Assembly (NCBI GenBank): GCA_964057225.1
Contig: OZ059900.1
Coordinates: 5,766,001 to 5,830,000, forward strand
Length of the DNA stretch: 64,000 bases
Origin: Auanema rhodensis
Taxonomy: Eukaryota > Animalia > Nematoda
Direction of reading: 5' to 3'
Shown here: one piece after another, positions 14,985 to 29,500 of the stretch
Position numbering within the stretch: the first letter of the stretch is position 1
Layout: the number at the start of each line of letters is the position of its first letter
Translations under genes and position numbers: made by a program
Notes under the pieces: model-generated
Told to the model about the DNA's origin: nothing
The model's input: only the letters and a program-made list of their open reading frames with translations
Database searches by the model: none

Positions 14985-17900
14985 CTATAATAATAATATA
15001 CTATATGATATAATCATATAGTGACATCGTAATGTTGATGAGTAGGGCTTCATCGAAGAGATATTATCCATACCGTCATCATGCTTTCTAATGTAATTGT
15101 TAGCAATGAGAGGTGGTGTCATAGGTGGAGGTATACAAGGTGGTGGAGGTGGCTTTAATATAGAAGGTGAAGATGGCTGAAAAAACAATATATAATTAAT
15201 GCTTTAACTTTCTCTGTTTTCATACTTTTTGTGATCTTTTGAGAAAGATTATGGCATAAACCACTAATAATAGGAATAAAGCTGATACACCAAAGATTAC
15301 TGTTAGTAATATTTCCGAGCTAATACTGCCATCCATGAAATCGAAAACTGAAATTATTAGATGTAAGGTTAACAAAATGTATTTAAATACATACTTGGCA
15401 ACACAGTCAGATGAGTTGCTTGATAAATAATATTTCCTTTAACTGTTGTTACAACACAAAGATAACGCCCACTTTGAGAAGTTGAAACCTGAAATTATCA
15501 AAATGAAATTGTTTTAAAGTATGTGAAATTCTTACAGATGGTATTATTAATCTATTTGTGACAACACCATTTGGAATATCTTTGGTAATAGATTCAATTT
15601 GATTCTGTTCTAAAACTTGTAAGTGCATTCCTCCGGCTGTCAATAAGGTAGCATTGGGATTTTTGCGATTGAATGCAATTGGATCTTCTATTTCTTTCAA
15701 CCACTGAAAAATAATTATTCATACAAACTAATTGCAAACATTTCACTTACTCTAATAAGTGGGGAATCCGTTGTTTTAGTTTTACAAAAGAATTGAGCAG
15801 TATGGCCGACTTTAATTGACATATTATGGGATATATCAATAATTACATCTCGATTCTGAAAAATGATATTGAAAATAATTGAAAAAGTGAAAAATCTTAC
15901 GGTGTTCATTCCTCGAATTCTACTAAAGTCTTCATCAACATGAACACGAAAAACATTTTCAATCATTCCGTGATCATTTTCCACTACACAACGATAATCG
16001 CCACTATCCCCTTTTCCAACTGATTCAACAATATAGCTGGCTTCTTCTGGTTGAATAGCTGTGACAAAAATGTTTAAAAACATAGATCATGGCATAATAC
16101 GTACCCATACTTATTAAGACTTTGTCTTTATACCAACGAATTTGTGGAAGTGGACTACCTTGTGCAGGGCACCTTAATTTCAAACGTCTCCCACGTAATA
16201 TATGAACAGAGTTGGATTCGAGATCCATATTAACAAGCCAAGACGGTGGTGAAGCTATAATATTATATATTTTTTATAATGAAGAATAAATTTAGTACTT
16301 TTGTTAGCCAATATTAATTTATTCCTATGTGATGAATCCTTTTCATTAAGTTCTGAAATTTTACAGTTAATTCCTGTAAATATTAATTTGAAGTTATACC
16401 GTAAACCAGTACAGTAAAATCCAAAGACTTATGCCCAAAGCCATTGGTTGCTTGACATGTGTATCTACCACTATCCTCAATACGAACATTCTTGATACGA
16501 AGTTCGCGATTGTCCCGACCTAATTTGACTCGATGATCAGAATCAACCTAAAATATATTTTAACTATTCGAAATATAATATATTTATTCTAATCAATATT
16601 TATAATTCAAAATTTTGTTTACCTGATCATCGTTTTTTTTCCAATCTACAATGATCTGTCTGCCATCCTGCTCAGAAATGACAGGACATATTAGACGAAA
16701 TATACTCTGACCAGCTGGCACTCGAAATCGTCGTTCCACATCTTCCATCATTTTCGGTGGATCTGCAAGAGAAATTTGTGATATTCATGATGCATTAGTT
16801 CTTTAATATGTCGTTTTTGAGTTGAAATTTAATTGATCACAGAAATTTTAACCAAAATTTTATAGTTGATCGATTTACTTTTTAGATTTGACAATAGTGA
16901 CATTAAATTGGAAATATTTACAGTGTTACATTTCAAATCAAAGACATTTGCTGTTTAAGTAGATGTCAGAATTTTAAATTGAATTAGTCTTCAACTATGG
17001 GCAGATTGAGTTTTCTTAGCTAAGCTCCTTCAATTAGCACCATCTTCTATTCATGTTTGGTCTCTGCCATCTGTACATTTCTTAATTTCATCTAGGAAGC
17101 TTACAACCAGCTCACAAATGAATTCAATTCAAATTCGTGTAATGAGATGTTGTCAAGCAAACTCTTGACTATTAATCTATTCTACCGTAAGACAAATTCA
17201 TGATTCGGAACTATTGAATATATGCTGCAGGATGTCATGTATGCACAGCATGCTTCCGATTAATGTCTTTGCCTAGTACCGCTAAATAGTGGTAGGAATT
17301 ATATTCAGCTTAGAACAGGTGTAGGCGTATACCAATGACAGGCTTCGTACAAAGTCATTACCTTGGTAACGTGGTGAACTTCAATTAGTTGCCGGCACCT
17401 GTCTATTTGCAAATTAGACATTGCATATGTTTCAGAGAAGACCTTATTTTAATTTCAGGCTTAACAAGCATCTGCTTAGGCGCTTGGCTTTATGGAAAAT
17501 GTTGAAAAGCTCTAATTACCATCTTAGACTGTTTGTATAAGTAATCTAGAATTGGGCCTTATCTAGTCAAGAAAATCTATTTTCTTTATTTTGTCCGCAA
17601 AATGAAAGCCATGCTAATAAGTCTGTCAGCTCAAAACATGACGTATTAGATTGCATACAATCTAAGAACGAAGCTAATTTCTGATGTCTAGTTTTAAATT
17701 TTTTACTTCGAATAGAGAAATTCGCATAAATAAACTATGCAAGAGTGAAACATAAATTCTACAATTTACTTCTGGAAGACTTTAGTAGTATTACATCTCG
17801 TCTTTTTCTTTTGTTATATCATTATGCGTATAAAGAAAGAAATTGTTTCTAGACATTCTAAGATAAATTCAATGTGATATGTAAAGCTAATGCCACTCAA

Positions 17901-18347
17901 AAGTTTGCTTCACTGACATCATCTCAAAGGAGAACCCAATTCGTTTCTATTAAATGCTTTCTTTTGGTTTTAAATAAGTAAAGATCGAGAACAGGAAAAA
18001 TTCAGAAAAGACTATAACGTATTCAATTGAAACCTTATAACTCTCTCAGATTCGTTTAGTGAGTTAAACAATACCTGTTTTATTGTTATAACAGATACTA
18101 TACCAGATACAAACTAGAGTTTAAGGCTCACCAATAACCGAAGGGTCAAGTGCAAATAGGTCAGTAACGCCGTAGTTTTACCTTTCCCGCCAATTTTATT
18201 ACTATTATGAATAACATGTTTTCTTAGATGCTTACATATATTAAATTCTATCATTAGTCATAAAGAGAAATTATATTCACCTGTGTGAGCAGCAAACAAC
18301 ATAGAAAAACTGAACATCAGAATAATAAGCATTTGTATAGATGACAT
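14985..18347 (-). CDS. FGFRL1: FGFR-like receptor without kinase: signal peptide, 3 Ig domains, TM, short Pro-rich tail (FGFRL1/nou-darake type; about 11 exons)
   Basis: Signal exon 18281-18347 (MSSIQMLIILMFSFSMLFAAHT), then a 1.5-kb intron. Ig1: RLICPV...WKKN...LRIKNVRIEDSGRYTCQATNGFG. Ig2: LKLRCPAQGSPLPQIRWYKD...DSGDYRCVVENDHG. Ig3: VGHTAQFFCK...PLIRWLKEI...SGRYLCVV. TM: ILLTVIFGVSALFLLLVVYAIIFL. Tail: KPPPPPCIPPPMTPP. There is no room for a kinase before the convergent TTR gene. The last codons are uncertain (possible extra intron). Confidence 0.8.
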
Positions 18348-21300
18348 GGTTGATTATCCTGTAAAAGATTGATTTCTAAAATGAGTTAACGTAGAAGCAC
18401 AGAAAAAAACGGCAACAAAAGCTTGAAAATGAAAACAATTTAAGTTATTAAGAGATAAGACAATAACATCGAGTGATTGATAAATGAGCTAACAAAGGTC
18501 ATTAGACAGATGCCATTAAAACCAGATTATCAATCAAATTTTAACAAAGTTATCTGAAAAAAAGTGGCAGTCTCAATATTGTCAGTTTTACCAAAATTTC
18601 CAAGAATGAAGTAAAGATATTTCAAATGAATCATTAATTCATCTGTGCTATTCAGGATTTGCAGAATGGATGATAGCAAAAAATTGTATGGAAAAGTTTT
18701 CAATACTCAATACAAAAGTAAAAAAAAATATATTTTGTTCAATAGTCTGGGAATTGAATAAGTTTAAGATTTACAGCTGCAGATATATATTGCGAGTTTT
18801 TGTCTTTTTTCAAAGACGTTAAGTCAGATTGAAGAATTGAATTCACATTTAAAAATACTATGAAATGAAAGAAAAAACTTGGATCAAGTTTGTCTTGGTG
18901 TCAAGAAGGTCAAATAGACAACGAGAAAGCAGATGATGGGAAGTTCTTAGAATAAAAAAGCTAATTTTATCATATTATCTAGGAAAAAAGAACAAAAAAA
19001 TGTTTTTAAAAAAATTCAATTTAAATGAAAACTAAACTATTCCATTTAGTTTCACAATGAACATGATGTTCATGTGAAATGGTGTTACTACATCTCATTG
19101 GTGAAATGAATTGTGGTTGTGAAATTGGACATTAATGGAATTCTATGTGTATATTGAAAACGATTCAAGAGGAAATGTTAAATGGTTAGAATACAACTGA
19201 ACGAATGAGCTATGCATGCGCGAACATGTAAGCACTAAAGAAATTTGATTAATAGTATAATGGGAGGTGTTTGAATATGAACAAGTATGGATAAGTTGAT
19301 CAACATTTCATATTGAACTATATACTATACGTATAATATATATCTTTAGAACATAATTTTTTTTTTTCAATCACTTATAAATAACAGATCATATAACAAA
19401 ATGAAGATAATAAATTAATTAACAAGATATTATGTGATAGCTGTTCGAAAGAAATAACGGAATGAGAGAACGGCGTTTGGATAATAAATGTACTCATAAA
19501 TAGGGATGAAACAGTTGATTTATGGTGGCTAGTCCTATAGATGTCCGAATCTGTTCTAACTGGGTGGGTAGAGTGGCCTGCCTTAGAACGAACTAAGCGA
19601 GAGAGAGAAAGAGGAGATCAGAGAGCCGCTGTAGGCTAGACAGCACTCTCTTATAATGACCTGATGTCTCGTTGGTTAAGACTGCTACCAAGTATCTTAA
19701 GGTTATATGCTATTTCGCATCCGCTGCTCTATTCGGGTAAACGGATTGGACATCTTGAACAGGCATATGGGAGATCAGTGTGAGAGGGTCAGTAAAGAGT
19801 AAGGGGTCAGGAGAACAGAGGGATGTAAACGAAATGGGAAGGAACAAAGTGGGAGCAAGAGTTATAGAGATGCATATAGACAGAATAGCGTTCTAGGATA
19901 TAGAGAGATGAAGACACTTGCTCGAAAAAAATTATCGTCTAATGGCTCCCTAACAAACTTCGACGTTAGCGACGAGAGCACAGATGTTGAGTACACCTGC
20001 TGAACCATTCAAAGTAGTTTGCGCTAGAAAGTAAGAAACAGATAAGATGAACAATTATTTTTTCACTCAATTATTGCAGCTGCCATTAATCTGCATAGGT
20101 GAAATTTTAGTTTTTTTTTGCTTTGCAGGTTAAAAGCTCGAAATGTGTTTCTGTTTGGTTGAAGGCTTTGTGGGATTGCTGGTCTGTCGTAGGTGACCGA
20201 TTAGACTAAGACTGACGCTTGTCAACTTCAGAATTGACACATTAGAATTGATCTGTTTAACTGGGACGTTTAATGTATGAATAAACTTAAAGCTATCTTT
20301 ATACACACTTGGATACCAACTAAAGAATGAGTAATATCAAGTGTAACACTTGATATTCATACGTATTCAATCAGTAGTTTACGCATACTACAGTATTTGC
20401 ATGTTAACAATATGCTGGATGTAATGAAACAATAGAACAAGATTTTCAGATTTATACTTTGATTTATAAATCAGAATTAAAATTACCTGATGCATGAATA
20501 ATAAGGTTTTGCAAGTTTGCACATAATATTCAGCAGAAATATATACATTTTTAGGAGTTTGTCAGTATTACAATTTTCATTATATATAGAGTAACATCTG
20601 CTGTTCATATATGTCAGACTGACTTGTCAAACTGCAGGATAATCCGTTAGTGACATGATATACCTAACTGATGACAGTTTGAGATGGATGGTGGTCAAGG
20701 CTGGTTAACAAACAAGAAACAAGTAGATACTGCAGTTCTATTTTTCTTCTCAAGGAAATAATGATGAAGACGTAATTTAAACATAAAAACAAATGAAGAC
20801 AAATCGAGAAAACGTTTAGAATTTTAGAGAATCAAAATAAAAAGACAACAGAACAAGTTAATGAATAAAGTTTGGATTGAATGCTATATCAAGATACAAA
20901 ACTTTACTCAAAGATTGGATAAATTTATATAAGAAAATTATCCTAATATCATAGAAAATAACCTTTTGTGATTGCTCAGTATATTGAACATTGATGGATT
21001 AAAAAAACCAAATAGAGATATTGAAGACAAACATGACGGTTGATGATGTGAAGAATGAGTGAAGAGGTCATGAGAAAATATTATGAACAAGAAAAGATAG
21101 ATAATACTATGTGCAACACGAAAACGGCTAGAGAGGATATGATGACTTATGGATAAAATGGCAGAAAAGCAGAAAACCGACCTTCGGTCAATGACAAGCT
21201 TAAGATAAGAAGAGCAAATCGGCTGGAAATAAGATAGGAGTGTGAAACAGTAGTAACTTATTAAAATTGATGGTAAGATTTTATGATTAAAACTAGATTA

Positions 21301-24300
21301 TTATAATAAAAATATATTTAAAGCAATTAATTACGTTATGTGAATACAAAACTCGAATATGCAACCTGATTACAACTTGGGTAGCTACAACTCTAACAAA
21401 GAAACTCAATTGCTACTGTTGTGTAACAGCTTGACATACAGGTAGGAGCAGATGACATAATTATGCGTGCTATCTGGCTTTCTTCCATCTTGTTCTCGCA
21501 GCAGGATGCCCAGATCTGCGACTCAGATGTAAGATGACATGGCGTGCACAGAATGTGACGTTACACCTATTGTCTGCCATACGTATCAAGCGAGATTGGG
21601 TCGAATCGCTGCAGGTATTCAGCAGATTACGTATATGTATATAAGTAAGTACTCATCAAACAATAGCTTAGCTATATGAAGTCATATTTGCTGAGAATGT
21701 CGTAGATATTTGACATGTGAAACAGGTCGAAAGTTATTAAAGACAATAGGAAAAAAACATTTTTCAGTTTTTTTTTAAAAAAAGCGAAAAGCGTTTTTAA
21801 GAAGATTTGTGCATAAACTACTTCGTAACGTGTGAACGAGCAAGAATAAAGTTTCTCAGAAGCAAGATGAAGACGGAGAAGTATGTGCATCTATTTTGAC
21901 AAATAGTTGAAAATGACATCAGTATACATATTCTGGACATGCTTTCATGCTTATATTCGTCTTCATCACTTATGTGCTCTGCTGACTTCTCATAATTCTA
22001 ATCTTTTCTACAAATTGTTCAACATATGAGGCATTATATCTGATTGAGAGAGCTATCGAATATGATAGAAGGAAACGAGCATGTCCGCTCATCAACCACT
22101 TTCTCTCTGGATAGTATATTTCCCTTGAGAATGATGTGCTATATAGAGAAAGGAGTTATTCAAGATATTGAGCCAATAGGGTCAATATAGCAAAATCCCC
22201 GAGAAAAAAAATTAAAAGTTTATGCAAAAGACTTATGCTAACTATGCTTCGAATAAATTTTAGATATCATTGCGGCTTTTAGACAACATTGAATTAACCA
22301 TGCTTATCACATAGTGCATATAAACTTGAGACAGAGATGATTGTTGCTGTAGCTGTCATATAAAGTATGAGAAATGAAAGAGTGCTCTTATACATCACTA
22401 ACGCATGGATGGCATTGAATGAGATTGACGAGATCGAGATAGAAGCAGTGCATATAAGAGGAACAAGAGATTTTTGGGGCTGAACAAACTTGTGCTCAAT
22501 GAACGTAGTGACTAGACAGCAAGCTAATGATTCATCATCATCATCCTACTGAAGCAAGTTGGAAATGTCTCAGACATGTCAAATGCAAACGTTACTTTAT
22601 TGGTAAAAATTCCAGATATGGCAAGCAGCTTCGTAAGATATTTGGATTGCTATTCGTTTGGGAAACAAAAAAATCTCTTACAACAATCTCATTTCTTATC
22701 CTTATCCATCCGGATATTATACAATTCAATGTGAGAGAATCTAGATCTTTTTTTTTATAATCCGTAGCACATACAGTCAATGAATATGTTATCAGATTGG
22801 CACAATCTCGTGAGACAAATCTAATGAAGAGGTGGCGGGAATCACTTGATGACGCTATATCCGGTCAAGATAAAGTTAAGATAAGATATAGATGAATATG
22901 ATGAGAAAAGTAGTAGTTATTGGATGATAGATAAAACTTTGAATTAGAATAAATATCGAACAAAGTTGAAGGGAAACGATAGAGATAATGAAACCTGAGA
23001 AAAAAAATTGCATCTATACTATTAAATTTTTGTTTTTACAATATTTCATTTTATAAAATATTGAAAAAAGTATTATACTTTGAACTTATCCGTGATGAAT
23101 ACAAAACTGTTTAAAAAAAATTTAAGAAAAGGTGTTGTTACTACAAACAACAAATGTAGACAACATTAATGATTTAATCTTGTTTTTATAAATAAATGCA
23201 AACTACAAGTTATATTGATACATTGGATAAAGAGTACAAAAACTATTAAGACATCTGTCATACTTAATAAATTAAAAACAAAAGAATATATTGAATAAAT
23301 TATTCAATTATAATATTAGCATATATTGTGATATTCCCATGAGATCAAAAAAGAATTAAAAGATTATAATTAAGATCTCACAGTATACTGAGTGAAATCA
23401 AAGGTTTTAAATATTTATTTTGAATTTTTTGAAGTGAAAGTGCGGCAGTTGATTTAGACACATATTCTTTTTCTCACTCATGGAAGATAAATGAGATGTG
23501 AAATAAAGACGCTTTTAGCGTTAAGAGATCTATTTCAATTATTTAACAAAACCAGTAACGCTTTCTCTGAAAAAAAATCTTGAGAAAGTAGTATTTCACT
23601 GAAATTAATTTCATTTTTCAGCTATTTTCGCTTGTAAATATGTGACAACAACTCTGATAAGCATGATATATAATAGAATTGATAAGTAATTAGAAGATGA
23701 ACATATATTCATTAAGCAGTTATTATTGGCGTCTAAAAATAACGAAGAGATTGAAGAAAGGGATAGAATATAATTATCACAGCAACACCTGTGCATTCCA
23801 GAGCGCAGTAAAATCAACATGGCTAGCAAAATAGCTTTAAGATGGAAATGAGATGTGTTGTTGTAATTTATGGGCCAACTTAGTTCATTCTTAACTGATT
23901 GATTATATTTTGTGGGCAAAAAGAATAAAAGAATCAACAAAAAGATTTTAATATTATTGTAATCAAATTAAATTTTGTGTTAATGTATTGAAAAGAAGGG
24001 CAAAAGAATATTTCGAAGTAAAAATTATGTGATGAAGATATATGAGATTTTCTTGAATGGGTACTAATATCTATCATAATACAATGAAGGTGGGAATAAT
24101 ATATGAATAGTTACGATATAGATAAGAAAATTAATTGATAAGGTTTTACTAATCCTACTTTAGAACTAAATATTTAAACCAAATAAATGTATAAATACTC
24201 TTAGAGGTATTAGCGTAACGATAAGAAAATTTGTTCACATCTTCTAAATAGAGTAAATTCTTTCTTAATTTCACATTTTACGTTTAATATTACTAGCCTC

Positions 24301-24713
24301 AATTTATTATTGTGAAGCGATATCGTTATAAACATATCTGTATCAATAGCCATTCTTTTCAAATAGTCTATAGAATCTAATTCAGTACTTATTATCATTT
24401 AAATGATTAAATCACAAATATCAACAAGCGGCTTAACACATAATCCCTCACAAGTTGTGAAAATCAGTACAATTGATGAAGTCACAATTGATTCTATCTA
24501 TTACCAATTAAATATGTATTTATTTTTCAAAATATTAATAAGAAGCATTACATATATGAAACAAAAAGCATAAACATATTTTAAAGTGCATCTTATAGTA
24601 CCTGTCAAGCAAAACATAGCGTTCATTTACAATTCTAAAGAAGTATGGTCATTTGTTGAAATATTGCAGCAAAACAATTATTTAATCATTTACAACTAGG
24701 TATTGTATGATGC

Positions 24714-26554
24714 CTAAAGCATTCTTCGTCTTCTATTGAATCGAAAAACATTATGTGAATCGTCAACTGAAAGGAAATAGTGAATGAAACATTGTTCATT
24801 AAAAACTAGCCTAAATCAATAGATATTTTTGGTTTTTCATCAATAGAGCGACTGACTCTAGCATTCTCAAAGCATTGTTCGATATCAATATTGATGACTC
24901 TGTGACAAGTCTTGATACCCTCAATTTCTATAAACCTGCGGATTAATAAGAAAATTTTGAATTGACTGACCATCACATTCTAATGTACCACAACTGACAG
25001 GACATAATCTTCGAACAACTTGCCAATGTTGATCACATAAGCCTTGCAGTGCCCACTCACAACATTTCCCTGATTTATCCACAATCTTGGCTTCATTATC
25101 ATGTTTGTGCAAAGAATCTAGAATTTTATTCTTTTCTATCAAAGATATTATGATATTACTCTTAGACAATCTTTCATTTTCAACATTCACTGTTGGCTCA
25201 TTTCCATTGTTGATTGCCTAAATTTGAGTTTCAGTTCTATTTATTTACAAAATTATTGAAATTTACTAATTATTCAATATGTAGTTATATAATTTCAGTT
25301 TATCTAGTAATTACAAGTGAAATAGTTTTCAATATGATCAAAGAACTTACATCTAATGCGGGCTTGTTGTATGCTGGTCCCGGGCGAATCGAAGGCATAA
25401 ATACTCGAGATGGCTTACGTGTAGTAGTAGTGAATGTTGCTTCAACGCTATCGTAGTTGTTTGAAACATAAGGCTGAAACAACAATGATTATTTCAATAT
25501 AATCTTAAATAACCGACATCTTCAGGAGGGCCTTCAACTTGGTTTGATATACTACGTGCTGGCAGAGGATATTTGAATACTTTAGCTTCAGACTTTGTAG
25601 GAGGCACCGGTTCTCTTATGTACGACACGGATGAGACAGTTGTTGTAGCTGCAGTGTATATATGAGCTTCAATTCTAGTAGTAGCCGTAGATGTCTCATT
25701 CATTGAATCAGAATTATAAATGTTTGAGTTTCCAGTCCTGGAAATAGGATTAAACAAAGTTTAGTTAACCAAAAACAAAATTAAATGAAAATTGAACTAA
25801 CTGTTCCTCCGCAGCATTATAAGATATTGACTCCTCTTGATTAGAGGATATTGGATATGAAGATTTGGCTGGACAAAACATATAATATGAAACAAAGTGG
25901 TAAAGTTACCTAAATCATCTTCTGTAATAGTTTCCGAAGAGAACTGAACGTCTATTTCAGTTGATTTAATAACAGCTGAATTATCAAAGTTGTAATCGTT
26001 TTTTCTTTTACGGTTTGAATCGTCAAAATATTGATAAGCTAGTTCAGGAAAATTAGCTTGCGCTACGACATTGTTTTCTTCAACATGGTCTTCGGACCAA
26101 CCTAATGATTTTCTTAGGCTAACAATACATTTGTGTGGTACTAGAATTGCAAAAGTAGATGGTTTTCAATTGAATACAAACTTACAACGGTCACATAACT
26201 GCATGTCTGGAATATCTGTATTCTGTTTACAGATGTACTTTGTTTCCTCGCATTGCAACGTACAATCTTCGAGAGCCGGAAGCCAAGCCGGATCTGAGAA
26301 TGGGTCGCCGCCTGCAAAAAGCGTGCATAAACCTAATGAGTGAGTGTAGTTCATAAAATCTTAAATAGATGTTTGATGCCCAAACACATGTATACTTCAA
26401 TTGAGAAAAGTAAACATAATATAAGTTGAAACTCACATAGCTTTTCGTTGCTGTAAACGAATTTCAAGACCAGTTGATTTAAATAATCATCTTTATAAGG
26501 TAATGCCAAAAGATTAGGAATGAGTAGAAGTATGAAGAAAAGTCTCCAAATCAT
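24714..26554 (-). CDS. Secreted protein with an N-terminal Cys-rich domain, Ser/Thr/Pro-rich linker and C-terminal ShK-like domain
   Basis: Signal MIWRLFFILLLIPNLLA. Cys-rich domain: LCGDPFSDPAWLPALEDCTLQCEETKYICKQNTDIPDMQLCDRLPHKC. Mucin-like middle. ShK-like: DKSGKCCEWALQGLCDQHWQVVRRLCPVSCG, followed by TLECDEIEGIKTCHRVINIDIEQCF. It ends at 24714 if the GC-AG intron is used, otherwise at TAG 24806. Confidence 0.8.
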
Positions 26555-29500
26555 GTTTAGAACTGATCTAAGAAATAAGAAGTTTAATTAATAGTAAATT
26601 CTAAATGTAATATCTCAATAGCGACAATGATCATAAGTCACAATACAGAAACAAATATCAAAAATATAAAACATTTCAAATGAAATAATAAATTTTTAAA
26701 GCAAAGTCAGGGAAGGACATGTATAAACAGGTTCATGCTTCAAAGTTCAAAGCAAACAGTTTGCATGTAGTTCTCAAGACTCAGTGTGAACTACATGAAG
26801 AATTGTTTGTAAAACGGGTCATCCACGGTCGTTGTTCACAACTTTTCTTTTTTATTTCTTTTTTTGTTATCCGCCTCATGGATATTCCATTCCTTCCGGG
26901 ATTCTCATTCATCTGCATTTGAATGGCTGTCATACATAATGATGACGATTGTCTTCGGCAATATCACCAATACATGCGGGATATTGAGAAACGGTGTGAG
27001 TGTCTGAGTAAACCATTCAAGCAAAGACGTCTGTCTGTCAGTTTTCATCCTTTTGCAGATGTAAGATATCGTGGGATCACATTAGATGCAAGAGAACTCC
27101 CGTTATGATATGGCTTTGTCGGCCCACCACAGTGTCCGTTCTCATGCATTTAATGATACTATGTTCAAAGGCCTATTTCAATCCGAAAAGTGCAAAAGAG
27201 CTGAATTTTAAATTTATTGCCACATATGCATACACACAGACACACACACTCACACTTGTATGATGTTCACTTGTCAAATCCTATATCCATATATCTCTTA
27301 TATGTATGTACTTACTCACATATCAGGATACGAAAACACCCGCAGGGCATTGTTGTCTGTTTCTTGTTTCAAGCATTGCTTGCAGACACAGTGTGACAAC
27401 TTAAGGTTTCTTGACTCATGTTAGCTTACAATGTATATTAAAAGAGAATACTACGACATCATGAAATTTAGTATAAAAATGCATGAAAATATTTTTTTAT
27501 TGCTTCAAAAATGTTTGTAGAACTATTTTTCTCAATATTCAGCCTTTATTTCATGTTATTATAAAATGATTTTAGTTTAATTTGAAATTAAAAGAAACAG
27601 ATTGCTGATGATATGTACAGGGAACAATTCTTTCAGGATCTACAGTAATACTAAATATAAACATAAACAAATTGAGAAGAAAGATGTTCACCTGATCTGT
27701 AAAGATTCAAATGCTGAAGATTGTTAAATGAATCAAAGGAGGTGGGCGAGATGTATATAATGAATAAACTAAGTCAAATGAAAAAGAATATATGAAGTCA
27801 AAAAACTTCACGCAATAATTAAATGATTATAAAAGTTATTTTAATTATCGCTTGATAATATTCATTTTATTTTTATGCTACCTGAAGTATTTAACATATG
27901 ACTTCAAACAGATAATAGCATACATCTTATGGGCGAAAATTAGGTTATAGGTAGCCATTGTAATTCGGCAATTTACCCATGTTCATTAGCCATTTATTAC
28001 CTATCGTTTTCTGGAGAAATTAAGAATAAATGATTTCATATTTCTTTTCTACGAAACTAATAAATAACATCATCGTTTTGGAATTAAAGAAAATGAACGT
28101 ATAGTATACCATTGAGAGAAAAAAATGACAATTTAAATATCTCTATAAATCACTGAAGAGTGTGAGAAGAATTTGAATAAGTATAGTATACGGTAAAATA
28201 CTTCATGGGAACCAAGTTGTGATTCATAAATTGATATACACTTTTAAGATATATTTATTATCTGACTAGGCTGTCAAATATCACAAGTACTGCTTATTTT
28301 CAAGAAAAAAATACAGAAAAAACGCAAAAGAAAGAAATAATCAAAATGCCTTTGGCCATTTTTGTGTGGGGTAATGAACATTTTTTAACAATCATAGATC
28401 ATGAAATAATATTTGACAGTGGTTCGATATTAAGGACTGCTATTGTTGATATAACTGAAAGTGAGGCTAAGCGCATTGTGCTCAAGTATGGAGACGAAGG
28501 CAACACTGTTTGAATGACAAAGAGATCGAGATGAAACCGGAGAAACTGTGGAAATCATTGCGAACACGAACGAGTAAGACGGATAAAAGGAAGAGGATGT
28601 CCAGACAAATGAGATGAAGAGAAGTAGAAGTAGGAGGAGAAATTCTGGTACATGTACATGCATCTCACAGAAGAAAAGAAACTTTTTCTCGGCTAACGAT
28701 CCGCGTTCTGAATCTGAATGAATTTGCTTACACAATACAGTTAGAACATTTATATTCACTACGTTTAATTTCTTTTTTAGAATAGATCGATGACATAAAG
28801 TAGCTACCTCTTCATAGTGGATTTAGTAGAGCGGAGTATAATAGAATATGATACATTTATGATCTCATTGTGATAAAGATGAAGCATAATCTTTCTTATT
28901 TTCGAACAACTGAAAAACAAGTAATGTGACTTAGTAGTAGATCATGAATGGAATCCATCAATTTTTAATTGATTGAAAAAATTGAATTGTAATTGATTGT
29001 TCTACTATCTGCTAAATATAGCTAGTTTCGGTTTTCGAAGCCTTTTTTTTGGTCTGAAAATGATTTGGCAGGATTTTTCTACGATAAATCATATAGCAAT
29101 AATTTTTTCTCCTCATAAACTCAAATGATCTAATATATCTCTAAACGCCTTTGGTATTCGACAATTTGAGTGTTGCATTACCCTAAAAAATTGATGGCCA
29201 CTGCTAAGATATGCAGGATTAGAAATTATATTATATAAGCAATTGAATACTTTAAATTTGTTGAAAAACTAGATAATCTTTATTGAACTACTTCATTATA
29301 TGCATTTCATTTTACGCTTGACTGGCAAAGAAAAGAACAGTTGTTTTTTTCAAATGCAAACGTATGCACAGAAGTTTAATCATCACTAAAACAGATGAAT
29401 AATCATAATAGAAACAGAATAAATTTATATTTTTTGTGAATGATGCTCTGAAACAATAAGATCAAAAATACTTTTTGACAATCACATAGTACATATTATT

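Noticed and set aside
17475-17490. TTAGGC telomere-like word
   Set aside because: It is a single unit with one degenerate neighbour, not a tract. I saw no support for a telomere-addition or DNA-elimination site.
26923-27108. 61-aa ORF MAVIHNDDDCLRQ... upstream of the ShK gene
   Set aside because: No family resemblance or splice support. It lies where promoter sequence is expected.
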